Assembly (NCBI GenBank): GCA_965644295.1
Contig: CBFFRP010000371.1
Span: 124,001 to 188,000 of the forward strand
Length of the DNA stretch: 64,000 bases
Direction of reading: 5' to 3'
From: Paraphysomonas bandaiensis
Taxonomy: Eukaryota > Protista > Chrysophyceae
In this document: one piece after another, positions 38,088 through 50,612 of the stretch
Layout of the letters: every line of letters starts with the position of its first letter
How positions within the stretch are numbered: position 1 is the stretch's first letter
Notes under the pieces: generated by a model
Told to the model about the DNA's origin: nothing
Databases searched by the model: none
Seen by the model: the letters and a program-made list of their open reading frames with translations, nothing else
Program-made: the position numbers and the translations under genes

Positions 38088-39952
38088 ATGTTAGCACATT
38101 GTATCCGTTGGAACAAAACTCTATTCCCACGTTCACGTATTCTATCATTACGTTCATATCAATCATTTGATATTACATCAGAGAATATACGAACTGTAGA
38201 AGAAGAATTAAAATCCAGTTATAATGGTGTACAAATATTAACATCAGCAGGTGTTCGTGCTGTTGAATTATGCCGTCCTGATAAAGGAAATTATTTGGAT
38301 CTTATGGTTATTAATAATCTATTAACAAAACTGGAGAATTTAAAAGATAACTGGACTGCTAATGCTGTATTTGTTGGCTCAAGATCGATACATTATTTTT
38401 CATCTGGTATTCATGATGATGATATGTTTGCTGAAAGTCCAGAACTTTTTCAAAAGATTCAGTTACTTGCATCCAAAGTGGAGGACTTCCCTGATCATCT
38501 TCTTGCACTTTATGGAGGCTATATTACTGGTACCCCTTTTGCGATGTTACTTGGCTCTCACGTAAGTATTGTATTGTATTTTTTGCTACCATGCCTAACA
38601 TTTCTATTGGAATGTTGTGTAGTATCGTTTGGGCACACCCTCCCTTAGTCTAAACGTCACTGAACCATCCCGCGGCCAAATTCCAATGGGTGGTTTTGCA
38701 TTTAAATTTTGCACACTCTCACCTTATGGCAAAATCGTAAGTCGGTATTTGACATTCAGTGGTGCTGGCATTCATTCAGTAGAGCTGTATGAAATGGGTG
38801 TACTGACAACACTCACGGACCACAAACCGCACATTGGCATGCAGTTCGGAGACACCATTCCAAGAAAGTATGCGTAGTCATGACCAACTATTTGTTTCTG
38901 ATATATTGCTTTGTGTTGATGTAGCGACACTCAGGCTGTACAGCCTTTTCAGGGTGAGCCAGAGTATCTAAAGGGTCTTATAGATGACATGCATATTGGA
39001 TGTGACTTTGATGTTTCTAATCACGAAGCGTGGGACAAGTTTTTACTTGTACCTCTTCAGAAACCTGAACCGGACCCACTCCACCCCCATAATATTAAGT
39101 GTAAGTATAACGTAGTGTTGCATATTGAGCTCTCTGACTGTTCGTGTAGTTATATACGACGATGTGGAGCACTGCTTTTCTGTTGACACAGTTGAGGAGG
39201 TGTTGCAGAGGTTGGAGGGGATGGCAAATGATGGCAAACAATGGGCTGTCGAAACTCTACGCAACATATCTAAATGCGACCCTCTAGCTCTCAAGGTTTG
39301 TGACATAGAGCACATTGTATGCAGAGTGTTTGCACTAATTCGTCTTCAGGCCTTTTTACGACTGACCAAAGAGGCTGCGGCAGTGCGATCCGAAATTGAA
39401 AGTCTGGAGAAGTTCAATGAAGATCCTGCCCGTGTGAAAGAGCTTTTGAGAACCGCGTACCACGACAGTTTAAGCAAGGAGCTCAACATATCTGGGGTAT
39501 GATGTATACTTATTTTTTATACTTTATATAATGTGCCACACAGCACTTGGTTCGTCGACAAATGGAAGCTAAAGAGAAAATTGCCCAGGGCGCTCCAATG
39601 GAGGAAATAGGGTGGATAAACACAGAGGTGTAGTAGTAGTATGCTACACCTTCCAAATCTTACAGCTTACAGGTGAAGAAAAAATCTGACTTTGACCTTT
39701 CTTATTACGAAACTGAAGAAGAGGAGGCTGTCTCGAACCTAGAAGATAAAACGGTGAGCTAATACATTTCATGATGGTTTGATCTGAAGTCTGTACCAGC
39801 TCAAGGAGATCAAAGAGGAAGAAGCCAGGCAGCTTGCCGAAGCGAAGAAAGCGGAAGAAGAATACCAGCAAGCCATTGCCATCTTCAAGAAAAGGATAAG
39901 TGAAATCTCTGTGGAGAAGTTAGATGATGTGTTCTCTGGCAGCGAGGAGTAA
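38088..39952 (+). CDS. Divergent HIBCH-like crotonase-fold protein, probably mitochondrial
   Basis: A transit-peptide-like N-terminus, LCRPDKGNYL, FSSG, ALYGGYITG, 'EHCFS.DTVEEVLQRLE...WA..TL..I...PLALK' (an ECH_2-type C-terminus) and multiple introns. Confidence 0.7.
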
Positions 39953-40349
39953 TTCGATACGGAAATCGGTCTGGTTTAGACTTGTAATAATAATAGTCTA
40001 TTGTAATTATCTGTGCCATTCACAAGTTTGAAGTTAATATTCACAGCAGCAATTATCTGTAATTGAAGTTAATATTCTATAACCTTAATGAAGACAATAA
40101 TGTAGCCATTGACAAGAATGATGAGAAATTCTATTTCAGAGGAGTGTATTGTGTTATATTTAGATACTTCCTCTGAATTATATGTAGCTTCATTTATCAT
40201 TTACAATCCATATTTATTATCTATATTCAACAAATCCTTTAGCTTCACTTATATTGCAAGCCACCATCTTACTTCAATTGCATAATATATATTACAAACG
40301 GAATTGGGTATAATATCGATTAATACAGATAAAAACAGTCGAAAAAACG

Positions 40350-40600
40350 AAATTTGTAAGTTTCCTGGCCCTGTGCCTAAATATTAATTTAAGCAGGTTG
40401 TAGTCAATAATAATTGAAATTACTACTTTTTGTCTCACTCTAGTAGCTCACAACTACATAAGTTAGCGCCTATTGTAATTACAATGATCTTCACTGCGGC
40501 TTCATATTTTCAGTTGATGGATTATCAAATAATAGCGATAATTGAAATTGGGACAGCAAATAGTAATCGTAATGAATATTGATAAATATTCAATAAATCC
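40350..40600. mobile_element. hAT/MITE end relics
   Basis: gtttcctggccctg resembles the TIR at 62280-62293. gcaggttgtagtcaa and ataattgaaattgggacagcaa recur in the 22187-24438 element. Confidence 0.45.
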
Positions 40601-40789
40601 ATCAATTTGGTACTGACATATTATTATTGAATATTTCAACGACCTCGCTAGAGTATAAATGCTAACTATAAACGTATCCGTATACGAGGGGAGAAAATGC
40701 GTTACAATATTGAATATACTACTTATTATATCACGAAAAACTTTAAATACATATCCATGTGAGCGCTAATAATGGCAATTTAATATTAC

Positions 40790-41956
40790 TCACAAATCAT
40801 TTTCTATCGCCGATCTAAGGGAGTCTATCGCATGAGCAACTGCATTTGAATCATGCTCTGCATCCTCCGGTCTACATTTTTCCCACATCGGAAGGAGCTT
40901 TGAGTCCGGCACAGTGCGATAACAAAGCCTCACAACGTTTCCCGTGGTTGAGTTCTTGTAGTCACTATTCGATGGCCTTACACCTCGTAGAAATTCATTA
41001 GTGGTCTGTGCACGTCCAATGAGGAATATGTGGAAGGCCAGCAGAGACCCTACCAAAACAAACACTAGAAAAGTGAACACACAGATCAACGGAGCCACTG
41101 TGTCTCTGAGATAGGTCATAACAACATTTTCATGACTGATTCCCTCCGCCCAAAGAACTATAAGATAGGCCGATACCGCACAAGCAAAGGCAGAGGATAA
41201 CACTGTAAGAGTGATAAACACACAGAAGTATCCGTAGTTGCGGACTCCTATGCAAGTTCCAGTCCAGGGGCAGTGGTGGTCAAATACTTCTACACAGTTA
41301 TCGCAGTATCGACAATGTTTCGCACGAGGGGGGCGAACGATGCGACAAGTATGACAGTATTGAACTTTAGCTCGCGCATCTTCTGTCATAGATTCGAGCA
41401 GCTTTGATGGGGGGCGACGCGGAATTATTCCCGGCTCCGTGAAAGCTGTCAAAAGTAAGAACACAATATTGCCAGTACATAAAAATAGTCCAGCATAAAA
41501 TAAAATAGGCATATGAAGCATGGGCACAATAACACCCAAAAAAACGCCATACGTAAGAATCAGCAGTGTCAAGGACAAGAGGAGATGCTTGTTATGCACA
41601 CCCATCATAATTCTTCCATTGCAAAGAAACTTATTCTTTCCCTCCCATAGCTCATATCTGTATTTATCTTTAAATTGGAATGATTCACCCATTGAACTAT
41701 GTATTTGTTTCTTCTCATATGCTTTTGCCATTTTACTGTGTTTTTTAGGTACTAAATGAGAGAATTGAGTAACTGGTGTCCTGACTTTGGATCCATTAGA
41801 TGAGTGTTCAGAGTAGTCATCTTCAGATCCTCCACTACTATCAAGTGTTCGACCATATCCTTTTGATTTTGGTTTAGTAAAATTAGGTTCATCATCAACT
41901 GGTTCTAACATAACATCAGTAGAACGTGTACTAACATCTAAATAATCCATTGGCAT
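40790..41956 (-). CDS. DHHC palmitoyltransferase (Erf2/ZDHHC9-like)
   Basis: Contains GKNKFLCNGR, EPGIIPR, YCHTCRIVRPPRAKHCRYCDNCVEVFDHHCPWTGTCIGVRNY and QTTNE, with 4 TMs. Confidence 0.95.
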   Translation of the reverse strand: MPMDYLDVSTRSTDVMLEPVDDEPNFTKPKSKGYGRTLDSSGGSEDDYSEHSSNGSKVRTPVTQFSHLVPKKHSKMAKAYEKKQIHSSMGESFQFKDKYRYELWEGKNKFLCNGRIMMGVHNKHLLLSLTLLILTYGVFLGVIVPMLHMPILFYAGLFLCTGNIVFLLLTAFTEPGIIPRRPPSKLLESMTEDARAKVQYCHTCRIVRPPRAKHCRYCDNCVEVFDHHCPWTGTCIGVRNYGYFCVFITLTVLSSAFACAVSAYLIVLWAEGISHENVVMTYLRDTVAPLICVFTFLVFVLVGSLLAFHIFLIGRAQTTNEFLRGVRPSNSDYKNSTTGNVVRLCYRTVPDSKLLPMWEKCRPEDAEHDSNAVAHAIDSLRSAIENDL

Positions 41957-42687
41957 GATCTGATCGTGTAATTGCAAGTTATGATAGTAATAAAGAGATA
42001 GATTAGAATAGATTGTAATAATACATGCGATGCTTATATTGCATGCATGGTGTTATGCTATTGTAATAGAGTATACATAGATGGTCATATGATGCTACTT
42101 TAATAAAGTAATCACTGGCAACAACATACATACATACATACATGTACATACATACTCCATGTCTATGCCATATGCACATACATACACTACACTAAACACC
42201 ATAGATATACTGCTGTACATACAGCAGTACATACACTATACTACCCATATATTGTGTGTATTTTATTATTCCAGAAACCCAAATTTTCGACATCCATGGA
42301 TATGAAGGGGATAAGAACAGGAGGAAAAGTAGTCAAAGAAATCCAGGATTTTCATATCATTTTTATAATTTTTATCGTTTTGAATATGACGGGAAAACCA
42401 TGATAATGGACTTAAAAAGTCTGTTTGTATTTGCTGAAAAAGCTGGAAAAAGTCAGTCAAATGCCTAAAAATTACGACAGGAAAACCCCATATGTGAGTA
42501 TTTAGACACGTCAGTTCTGCAGAGTATTAAACACGTCACATAGTAACTATATATAATTAGATGGACTATTATTATATGGCTTATAAGAGGGAAAGACTCA
42601 ATGTAATGTCATAGAGAAGTTTACATGTGATATAGTATGAAATCTTAAAAGATTATACTGAATTATTAGTTTTCTTTGTATCTATTC

Positions 42688-43756
42688 ATGAGCACTATAG
42701 TTAAGGGATTTGTAAGATCAAGACAAGTATATACTCTATCTAGGAGTATGATGTCTATTTCAGTATCGGATTCAGTGAAAACGTTCAGTTTTGAGGTTCT
42801 GAATCTACGAGATTATATTGTTTCAAGAAAGGAACTTCTTTGCATTACTGGCGCTGGGATCAGCACAGCATCTGGTATTCCTGATTACAGAGGTGTCAAT
42901 GGAAGCTATCGACGTGGTCATAAGCCAATGACTCACTCCGAATTTGTATCCAGTGACCGTGCGAGGAAGCGCTACTGGGCGCGGTCTATGGCTGGCTATA
43001 ATTTCTTTTCTAATGCCAAGCCGAATATTGCACATTCCTCTTTGGCAGTCTTGGAGAGCAGAGGGTTGGTAAATGGTATTATATCACAAAATGTCGACAG
43101 TCTTCATGAGCAAGGTGGTAGCTCAGCTGTTCTCCATCTCCACGGCCGTATTGACGCAGTCAGGTGCCTATCTTGTAGTCATGTGTCTACTCGGGCGAGC
43201 TTACAGGATGACATGATTGCTCGTAATTCTCCTGAGCTTGTGGAACTGCTCACGTGTGGAGGACAGGGAGGCTATAGGGTGCGGGCTGATGGTGATATGG
43301 ATCTTGGAGATATTGACCTCTCACAGGTATCTACATCATGGAGCTCGTATAGTGACACTTACCTGTGGAATGAATTTTCAGTTCTTTGTACCAGAATGTA
43401 GTGAATGTGGGGGAGTGCTGAAGCCCGATGTGGTTTTTTTCGGAGACAGTGTACCAAAGGCGACGTCTGAAGGTGCAATGGAGCAGGTGGGATATAACTT
43501 GACGTTTCTGTTTAATGTATTTTGAGTTCACGATATTTCTGGCTAGGTCGAGTCGTCAGATGGACTATTGGTCATCGGTTCCTCGCTGGAAGTATACTCT
43601 GCCTTCCGCCTAGTGCGGGCAGCAATTAATCAGGGGAAACCTGTTGCAGTGGTTAACACAGGTGTCACACGTGTTGAGAGGGAAGGTATGCCTCTACATT
43701 TAAAGAGTGAGAAAGACTGTTGTACACTCCTCAATGATGTGGTGCTGTCTCTGTAG
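42688..43756 (+). CDS. SIRT4: Class II sirtuin (SIRT4-like), 3 exons
   Basis: Contains TGAGISTASGIPDYRG, RKRYWARS..G, QNVDSLH, LHG, CxxC...RADGD..CxxC, KPDVVFFGD and GSSLEVYS. Confidence 0.93.
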
Positions 43757-44656
43757 TTCCCGAATAGGTGATGGGAAAGATCAGTTCAATAGCATGTAGA
43801 TATTGCCTGTCTTTGCTGATGTAAATAATTAGAAGTGTATGTCTACTTATTTCGAAGTATGTATCTTTCACAGTGTCATATTATGTGTTAATTACTATTG
43901 ATTAAGGCGATATGTTTCTGGAACTGCTAGTAGTTTCGAACCCGTACTTTGTGTAGCGGATACAAGTGTAGTACTCTTATGAATATATCTGGTTCTAATA
44001 CCATTTCATATGCCGACGTAAGATATCGTCAATAACATGACACATTCAATTATTTTACATATACAAAGTATTTCTTTGAGTTGTTGAATAAAAATTAGTG
44101 TTTTGTATGTAGTAATGCTGGATACTTCATGATCCAGGATCTTAGATTCTTAGAGTGACACTTGCGTGAGGTGAAATGATAATTGCGCGAGTCATAGATT
44201 CAGTTACATTCAGCACTATTATCTATGAAACACTTGTACATAATGATTCTTTCTGATGCAATAACAACAGTTTGTACAAGTAATAGATACGAGAGATGTG
44301 TCCTTTCGTCCTTATTATGTGTATATTTCCACTGCAAAAAAGGACATCCTTTTACTATAAATTTATTCATGTTTCGATATAAGTTCAGGTTTTTCAAACA
44401 ATAAATTAGGATTTTCTGTTATACAGCATGATTTTGTGGTGGAATGTAGCATAATATACAGCAGAGTGTACATAAATATATGTATGAAATTACAGTATAT
44501 AAATATCAGTACATACAGCCATATGCAGCCATATGCAGCCATATGCAGCCATATATATAGTTGATGTCACGGTTGTTTCCTCCTAATAGTTACTTCAGTG
44601 ATAGTTAATAGTAAATCTATATGGATATACATTGATAAACAACACTCATTTATATC

Positions 44657-46035
44657 ATGCGTGGATTATTTCTATTACTACTTCTATATATCTTAAGATG
44701 GTCTATATGTCAAAGACAGCCGTATGATATAACTAACACACTCAGACCACATGAGAATGAATTCTTTGAATTATATTATTTACAATCATATCCAAGAGAA
44801 GAAGATTCATATGGAGTCTTTATACAGAGCTCTGGTATAGCCATACGTAGCACTCGTAGTCTTAAAGTGATCGTATTGGAGTATATACCAGTTAACTCCT
44901 CTGTGTGTATGCTTCCTATTACCAAACATACAAGCTATGTTCCAGAATTAGTCTGGGATAAGACTGCAATGATAGCTCTATCAAAGAATATTGATACCTC
45001 TTTTTGGCTGAAATCTGTGTTTTTGGCGAGGGTCAACAGTGTAGTTTATCGCCATTACTTGGATTGGGTTCGACAATACATTGAAGCACACCCTTTTTTT
45101 ATCCCCCAGACTGTGTGTCTCACCAATTCGGAATGTCTTTATCTTACACAGAACTGGGACACTTTTATAGCAGACAGGTGTATGGTGTATTGGGATGTGA
45201 TATTTCTTTGAGCTAATATATTTCCCAGTTTTATGCAGTTGTCTGAATTTGCTGTGAGTATAAATCCTCTAACTCCGCTTTTTCGGGAAGAGTTAGTATT
45301 CTCATTGTCACAAGAGCCGAAAGAGGTCATCTATAGTGATGATCTTTTGCCGTACTACACTTCACTGCTAAAGTGCATACAGGGTAAGTTAATGTTGTGG
45401 AACTTGTGTACTGGTGTCGCTATGCGTGATCTACGTGTTAGACACGCCTATGTGTGAATGTACCAAGTATGTACTATAATTTCATTGTATTTTCATATCC
45501 TACTTATTATTATATCACAGCGCATAGCAGTGTTACGTTTGGCATAGCAATGAGTCGTTGCGCGAATTCTTCTTCAGTTACCTATCTTCATATACAGGGC
45601 AGATCCTATCTACAATTAGTTTCTAGCTCCTCTTATTCTTCTGTGGTACCACTTGCCATGCCTCCACCACATGATCAACCTCTAGAGAAACGAGGAATGA
45701 ATGACTATATAATTGTTGGAGCTATAGGTGCATTAATTGCAGTAGGTGCACTGATAGCTCTGTACAAAGTGAGGGTTATACGAACGGGATGCTGTGGCCG
45801 TCGGGAGCAAGTGGAGAATGTCAACTTCAGTGACAATAGTGAAGATGAGGAAGAGGGTCATCATGATGGCGAGAATGTAGACTTGGATTATACATCTCAT
45901 GGGTTCGCCATGCCAGCGAATAATGGAATGAATGGAAGTACAATGTTGCACCGTGCTATTATGATGGCAGATAAAGGAAATTCTCAATACTCTCAGCTTA
46001 GAATAGATGATGAAGAGGAAGATGATATCTTATAG
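44657..46035 (+). CDS. Uncharacterised type I membrane protein (3 exons)
   Basis: Signal peptide MRGLFLLLLLYIL, one TM (YIIVGAIGALIAVGALIALY) and an acidic tail. GT-AG introns join ORFs 44657, 45233 and 45454. Confidence 0.7.
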
Positions 46036-46505
46036 TGTGACCAACCTGTGTAATCATGCGACACAGCTAGCCTAGTGTTAACTAATTCCACAAATATTTC
46101 AAGTCTCATTTTAGTATTCAGGAAGTCGATTATCTGAACGCATGCTAAATGGAGCTAAATAGTTCAGTAGTACCACGGCTCAATTAATATACGCAGTACG
46201 TAGTCGTCAAAGTACTCAATTACAAATAATAATAATAGAAAGGCAAAATCTACATTCGAATAATATGAAGGACTGCGTGATACGTAGCCGCTCTAGATAA
46301 TAATATAGCAATATAGATATAATAGGTTGCTCAGTTATTATGTCAGGCTATGAGTACAGTGAAAATTGTCACTACACCATGACGCTTGCTTCACCATAAG
46401 ATAAATGTCTTCCATAATTTCTAAGGAATACTAGTACAGATTCATAACAGATATATATATAAATACATAACATCGGTCATCAACTAACGCGACGGATAGG
46501 GGTCA

Positions 46506-47988
46506 CTAAGGAGTCTCTTCTGTGATATATCCGTCAGCAATCAGACTGTGGACGTATTCCTTCCACTGGGCTGGTGGGGTTACGTGTCTCATCAACGAAC
46601 GGTGTTCGTAAACAGATCCATACTTGCCAAAGTTAACCGCATGATCTGGGGACTGATGGGCAGTGGGCTTATATTCGAAATGCCGGGCGCCCTGTAGGGT
46701 GGCAATGCGGTTGTACATGAAGGAGGAGAACTCCCAGCTACTGAATTGGAGAAATGAAAACAAAGCATTAGTATAAGGCCACACAGAAGCCATTCTCCAA
46801 CGCTGAGCAATACCAATACTTTCTTTGTCGAGGTTCTCGACCATATGCCAGTTCCATGGCGGATTCAACAGCATATCCCCCTACAGTGAAACAGTTACAA
46901 TATATTCTGCGTGCAAAGTTGAGTGAACTTACCGGCTCAAGAGTATATTCGTATTTAGGGGCATACCGATATAGAGGGAAATGTTCATCGATTATAGCGT
47001 CAGAATTATTACCATGCATCACCATCCACGTCAGGAAACTCTTACTGTCTTTAAACAAACCATTCATCATGGGGTACATAAGGAAAGAATTTGAGGGATC
47101 TACGAACGTCCATTTCTTGCGTCCATGAATCATCATGAAGAGATTGTTGTAATTGGCACAGTGAAACAGAGCACCAGTGGTATCGAACACGCTCATGAAC
47201 ATCTGAGAGAAGAGGTAATTACGGGGCATGCTGGCTCGAGATGTTGCCGGAATTCCACTCATATGTTTGCTAAACCTCCACAACTCTAATTCATCTTCTA
47301 AAAATGGCTTTTTCTCGAATATATTGGCGTTGTTGTCGAGGTAACAAGGGTGCTCTGGGTCAGATCGACTGCTTACATACTCAGCTAAAGTCCAGTGACG
47401 TACAGTTCCGTCCATACACCGGGTGGAAGTGTTGAAGTCACCCACGCGCTCAGCGAGGTTATCAGGAGTCCAGGACATAGCAGGAATATCTAACACAGAT
47501 TTAAGGATAACAGGGCGCCCCATTTTCACATAGTCATTGAAAAAGGTGAGGCCATCAATCTCATCCATTCGGAAATTAGGAATCTCATATACATTATCAG
47601 CTCCTTTAGGCACCCCCCTCCTCTCGAAGTCGGCAAGTATATCTTTATGGATTTCAGCTAGTTCATTCTCAAAAAGAAAGTTGTCTTTCATCCAATATCG
47701 CATACAATAGATACCTTTCAGCTTAAGTGAATTCATATATCCCAGAGGAACATAGTCGGAGATTGGAACTGCACTCAATGGCTCATGCAATATTAAACCA
47801 AACCCATAGAGTCCATGTATTCCTTGAATCAGCTGAACGCCAGCCATAGCCATTAGAGATGGCATATGAAATCCATACAGCTGCAATGCAATGGCCAACA
47901 GTGCAACTCCCACAGCAAATTTCATTAAAAATCCAGAGAAGATACCCTTACGTTGACCCCGAGCCTGTGAACCACCTGATTTACTCAT
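46506..47988 (-). CDS. JmjC/cupin-like Fe(II)/2OG oxygenase-fold protein with N-terminal membrane anchor (2 exons)
   Basis: Contains RPVILK..WTP..L, 'FHCANYNNLFMMIHGRKKWTFV' and, across the intron, 'TLEPGDMLLNPPWNWHMVENL'. Confidence 0.88.
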
Positions 47989-48456
47989 GGTTGGTGTGCT
48001 TCCTATGCAAGGTTGGCACTTACACAAACACTATAAGTTTAAAGAAACCACTGAAGAGTAAGATTGTATTGAATCTGGTCGTGTCTGAGATGATTCGTAA
48101 GGATACGCTCGTCAGTTGATCATACAGCCATTCAATTTTACAAAAAAAACAACGTGGAGGAAATCAACGTGCAGAAATTTCGGCCAGAAAACATGAAATT
48201 ATTGTGTCTTTTTAAGATATGATAGTACCCTGTTGTAGGGGTTAGGGCTTCAATATGAGTGCGGTCAGTCCCATAGCATACAGCGATACTGCATGTACTC
48301 TATGTATGTATGTATGTATGTATGTCTGTTTACGTATGCCATCATACATATCGACAAGTGTATAGTTACAACAATTGCTGCTATTCAAAACACATCATCA
48401 AAATGCTGTGGATTGTATAATTCTCATAGAATAGAGTTACTGACATCATTTTGAAT

Positions 48457-49020
48457 ATGTTTTACACACAGATTGTAATTGTATTATCTTTTATTGGGTC
48501 CTCTATTGCGGCATTTAACTCCTCGTCATGTGTATGTACGACTGTGCCATGCCCTGTAGTAGGTCCCAATTATCTCACAGAGGGTGGAGGTGGACAGGGT
48601 ATTTATAACTATGTCGAGCATGCAGGATATCCTGTGGTATCTACAGCCAGTGCTAGTATTACCCCAAGTGACCTTGATAAAGGTACAGACACGACCTCTT
48701 GCACTCAGAGTTACTCCCGAATGCTAGATGACGATGGAGTGGAGGACTGTGATGCTGGTCACATCCTAGCCCACCGTCTAGGTGGATTAGGTAACCAGCC
48801 AATAAATATCTTCCCCCAAGACCTCTCAGTGAACAGAGGAAGCTACGCTCAATTTGAGGATGATATATATGATTGCATTGATGGTGGGGCATCGAGTGCC
48901 TTGCTGAGTTGGACATTTTACTACGAATCGTCGTCCCATACAAAACCTAACAAGGTGGACTATGCGGCCTCTTTCAATGGAGGCCCATGCACGTCTCTGA
49001 GTCAGACATTTTCGAACTGA
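48457..49020 (+). CDS. Secreted DNA/RNA non-specific endonuclease (His-Me finger)
   Basis: Signal peptide, a Cys-rich N-terminus and 'DAGHILAHRLGG...NIFPQ...NRG.Y..FE'. The gene is intronless. Confidence 0.85.
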   Translation: MFYTQIVIVLSFIGSSIAAFNSSSCVCTTVPCPVVGPNYLTEGGGGQGIYNYVEHAGYPVVSTASASITPSDLDKGTDTTSCTQSYSRMLDDDGVEDCDAGHILAHRLGGLGNQPINIFPQDLSVNRGSYAQFEDDIYDCIDGGASSALLSWTFYYESSSHTKPNKVDYAASFNGGPCTSLSQTFSN

Positions 49021-49670
49021 GTGGTGTAGTGCGTTTTGTATTGTTCCACTCCTCAAGAGGGCTACCGCAGCAGGCAATGTCGCCCTGGTGTATATAGAGA
49101 TTATTGTCTTGTTTTTTTATTACGTTAGTTATGTTTGGAATTCGATACATCACATCATACCCCTGGGGTGTACTGGTGTCATTACACCATAATAACAATG
49201 GCGTGTCTCCTTCGTATTAGTTTTTTTTTTTGCGGTTTATTGAGTTCGCAGCTTCAATTAGTTTAGTAAACACGGACACATTTTAATCAAGGACGTACTA
49301 GAAAGCTAGAAAGAGCTGGATGATTGACAGCTACATGAAGAATGAATCAGATGCAATTTTCCAGGCAGAGTCGCTCCGTATAGTACTTCTGTTTCTGTTA
49401 CAGCTTACGTTAACGACACACACAAATTTGTGTGTGTTAACGAAAGAAACCTTTCCTTTGTATATTTGTTAGAATAGCGTATCTTTATAATTGTTAAATA
49501 ACGCTACTTTCTATATCTGAGTACTTTACCTACTTTACCAGCCAAACACTCCTTATTCTTCGAGGAGTTCACAAAATACTCATGATATAAAATATATATG
49601 TATAGATTGTGTGCCAACAACATACCTAAGTTCTATGCAAACCATGTTAATGGTATGTTTTTGATTATTA

Positions 49671-50612
49671 TTATTCTCGAAGTACATTATCTGAACAAAC
49701 TTGAGAAAAACGTGTCAGCTGTTTTTTCAGTACTGCAAAATGCTGTAGTTTTTCCTGGTTGACTTCGTTCATGTATAGTGCTCGATTTATCTCTATTTGT
49801 ACACTCTGTATTCCTATATCAGGATTTCCAATACTCCGTACAATATCAGCGCCTTTATATGGATCATTAATACGACAGATATATCCTAGATCAGAAAAAT
49901 AGTTTTGTACCCAAACCGCGAACTCTAAACTACTTGTGGTGTTATCGCGATTTCCTATTACTATATCAGGGCGTCTGTGGCCTTTGTCTACGTTCATGGC
50001 GTTACCACGAGACTTCATTGAATGACAATTAAAATGCCACAGAGTGCCATAACGCTTGAATAAACATTGTACTGAAGACTCTAATGTGTCTCTATAAGGT
50101 TTGTAGTAATTTTCTATACGGCGTTTCACTTCCGCAGCAGATAGCTTATGTGGATACATATCCACTCCAGGTAGTGCAAATCTACGAATTAGTCCCATTC
50201 CACGTTTACAGTGGTCACTTATGCTAATAGTATCATTCCATTGATCTGCAATCATATCAACATCGATATCACTGACTGACCTATTTGGATCAATATATGC
50301 CCGAGGAAAAGATGCAGATACAAGTGTCGCGCCACTTGTATCTACAACATCATCAAGTAATTCATCAACATGTGCATCCCAACCACTCTTAACATCATGG
50401 ACAGATGCGATGGGTCTGAAATCTTCAGGATATCTAATGCCACTATGAGGGGAGTCAAAGATCACTGGTCTCATACTATCAGATGATGGTGAGCGAACAG
50501 ATACCCATGCCTGGTTAGCATTTGTTGAAAGTGATTTAGTAAGGTAATGGGCTCTATTATTCATAGCGACTGCATATAATCTCATTGAGTTATTAACTAG
50601 AATAGATTTCAT
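49671..50612 (-). CDS. hutG: N-formylglutamate amidohydrolase (bacterial type)
   Basis: Contains DSPHSG..YP, D.HVD.L, PRAYIDPNR, YYKPY, CHSM, RPDIVIG, NDPYKG and QIEINRALYMNE. It is intronless with an N-terminal extension. Confidence 0.9.
   Translation of the reverse strand: MKSILVNNSMRLYAVAMNNRAHYLTKSLSTNANQAWVSVRSPSSDSMRPVIFDSPHSGIRYPEDFRPIASVHDVKSGWDAHVDELLDDVVDTSGATLVSASFPRAYIDPNRSVSDIDVDMIADQWNDTISISDHCKRGMGLIRRFALPGVDMYPHKLSAAEVKRRIENYYKPYRDTLESSVQCLFKRYGTLWHFNCHSMKSRGNAMNVDKGHRRPDIVIGNRDNTTSSLEFAVWVQNYFSDLGYICRINDPYKGADIVRSIGNPDIGIQSVQIEINRALYMNEVNQEKLQHFAVLKKQLTRFSQVCSDNVLRE

Noticed and set aside
44515-44555. (CAGCCATATG)x4 short tandem array as a CRISPR-like structure
   Set aside because: No spacers; it is a simple minisatellite in a eukaryote.
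49407-49442. Hairpin cgttaac-acacacaaatttgtgtgt-gttaacg as a terminator or Helitron end
   Set aside because: Eukaryotic context, no downstream CTRR end, and partly microsatellite-derived.
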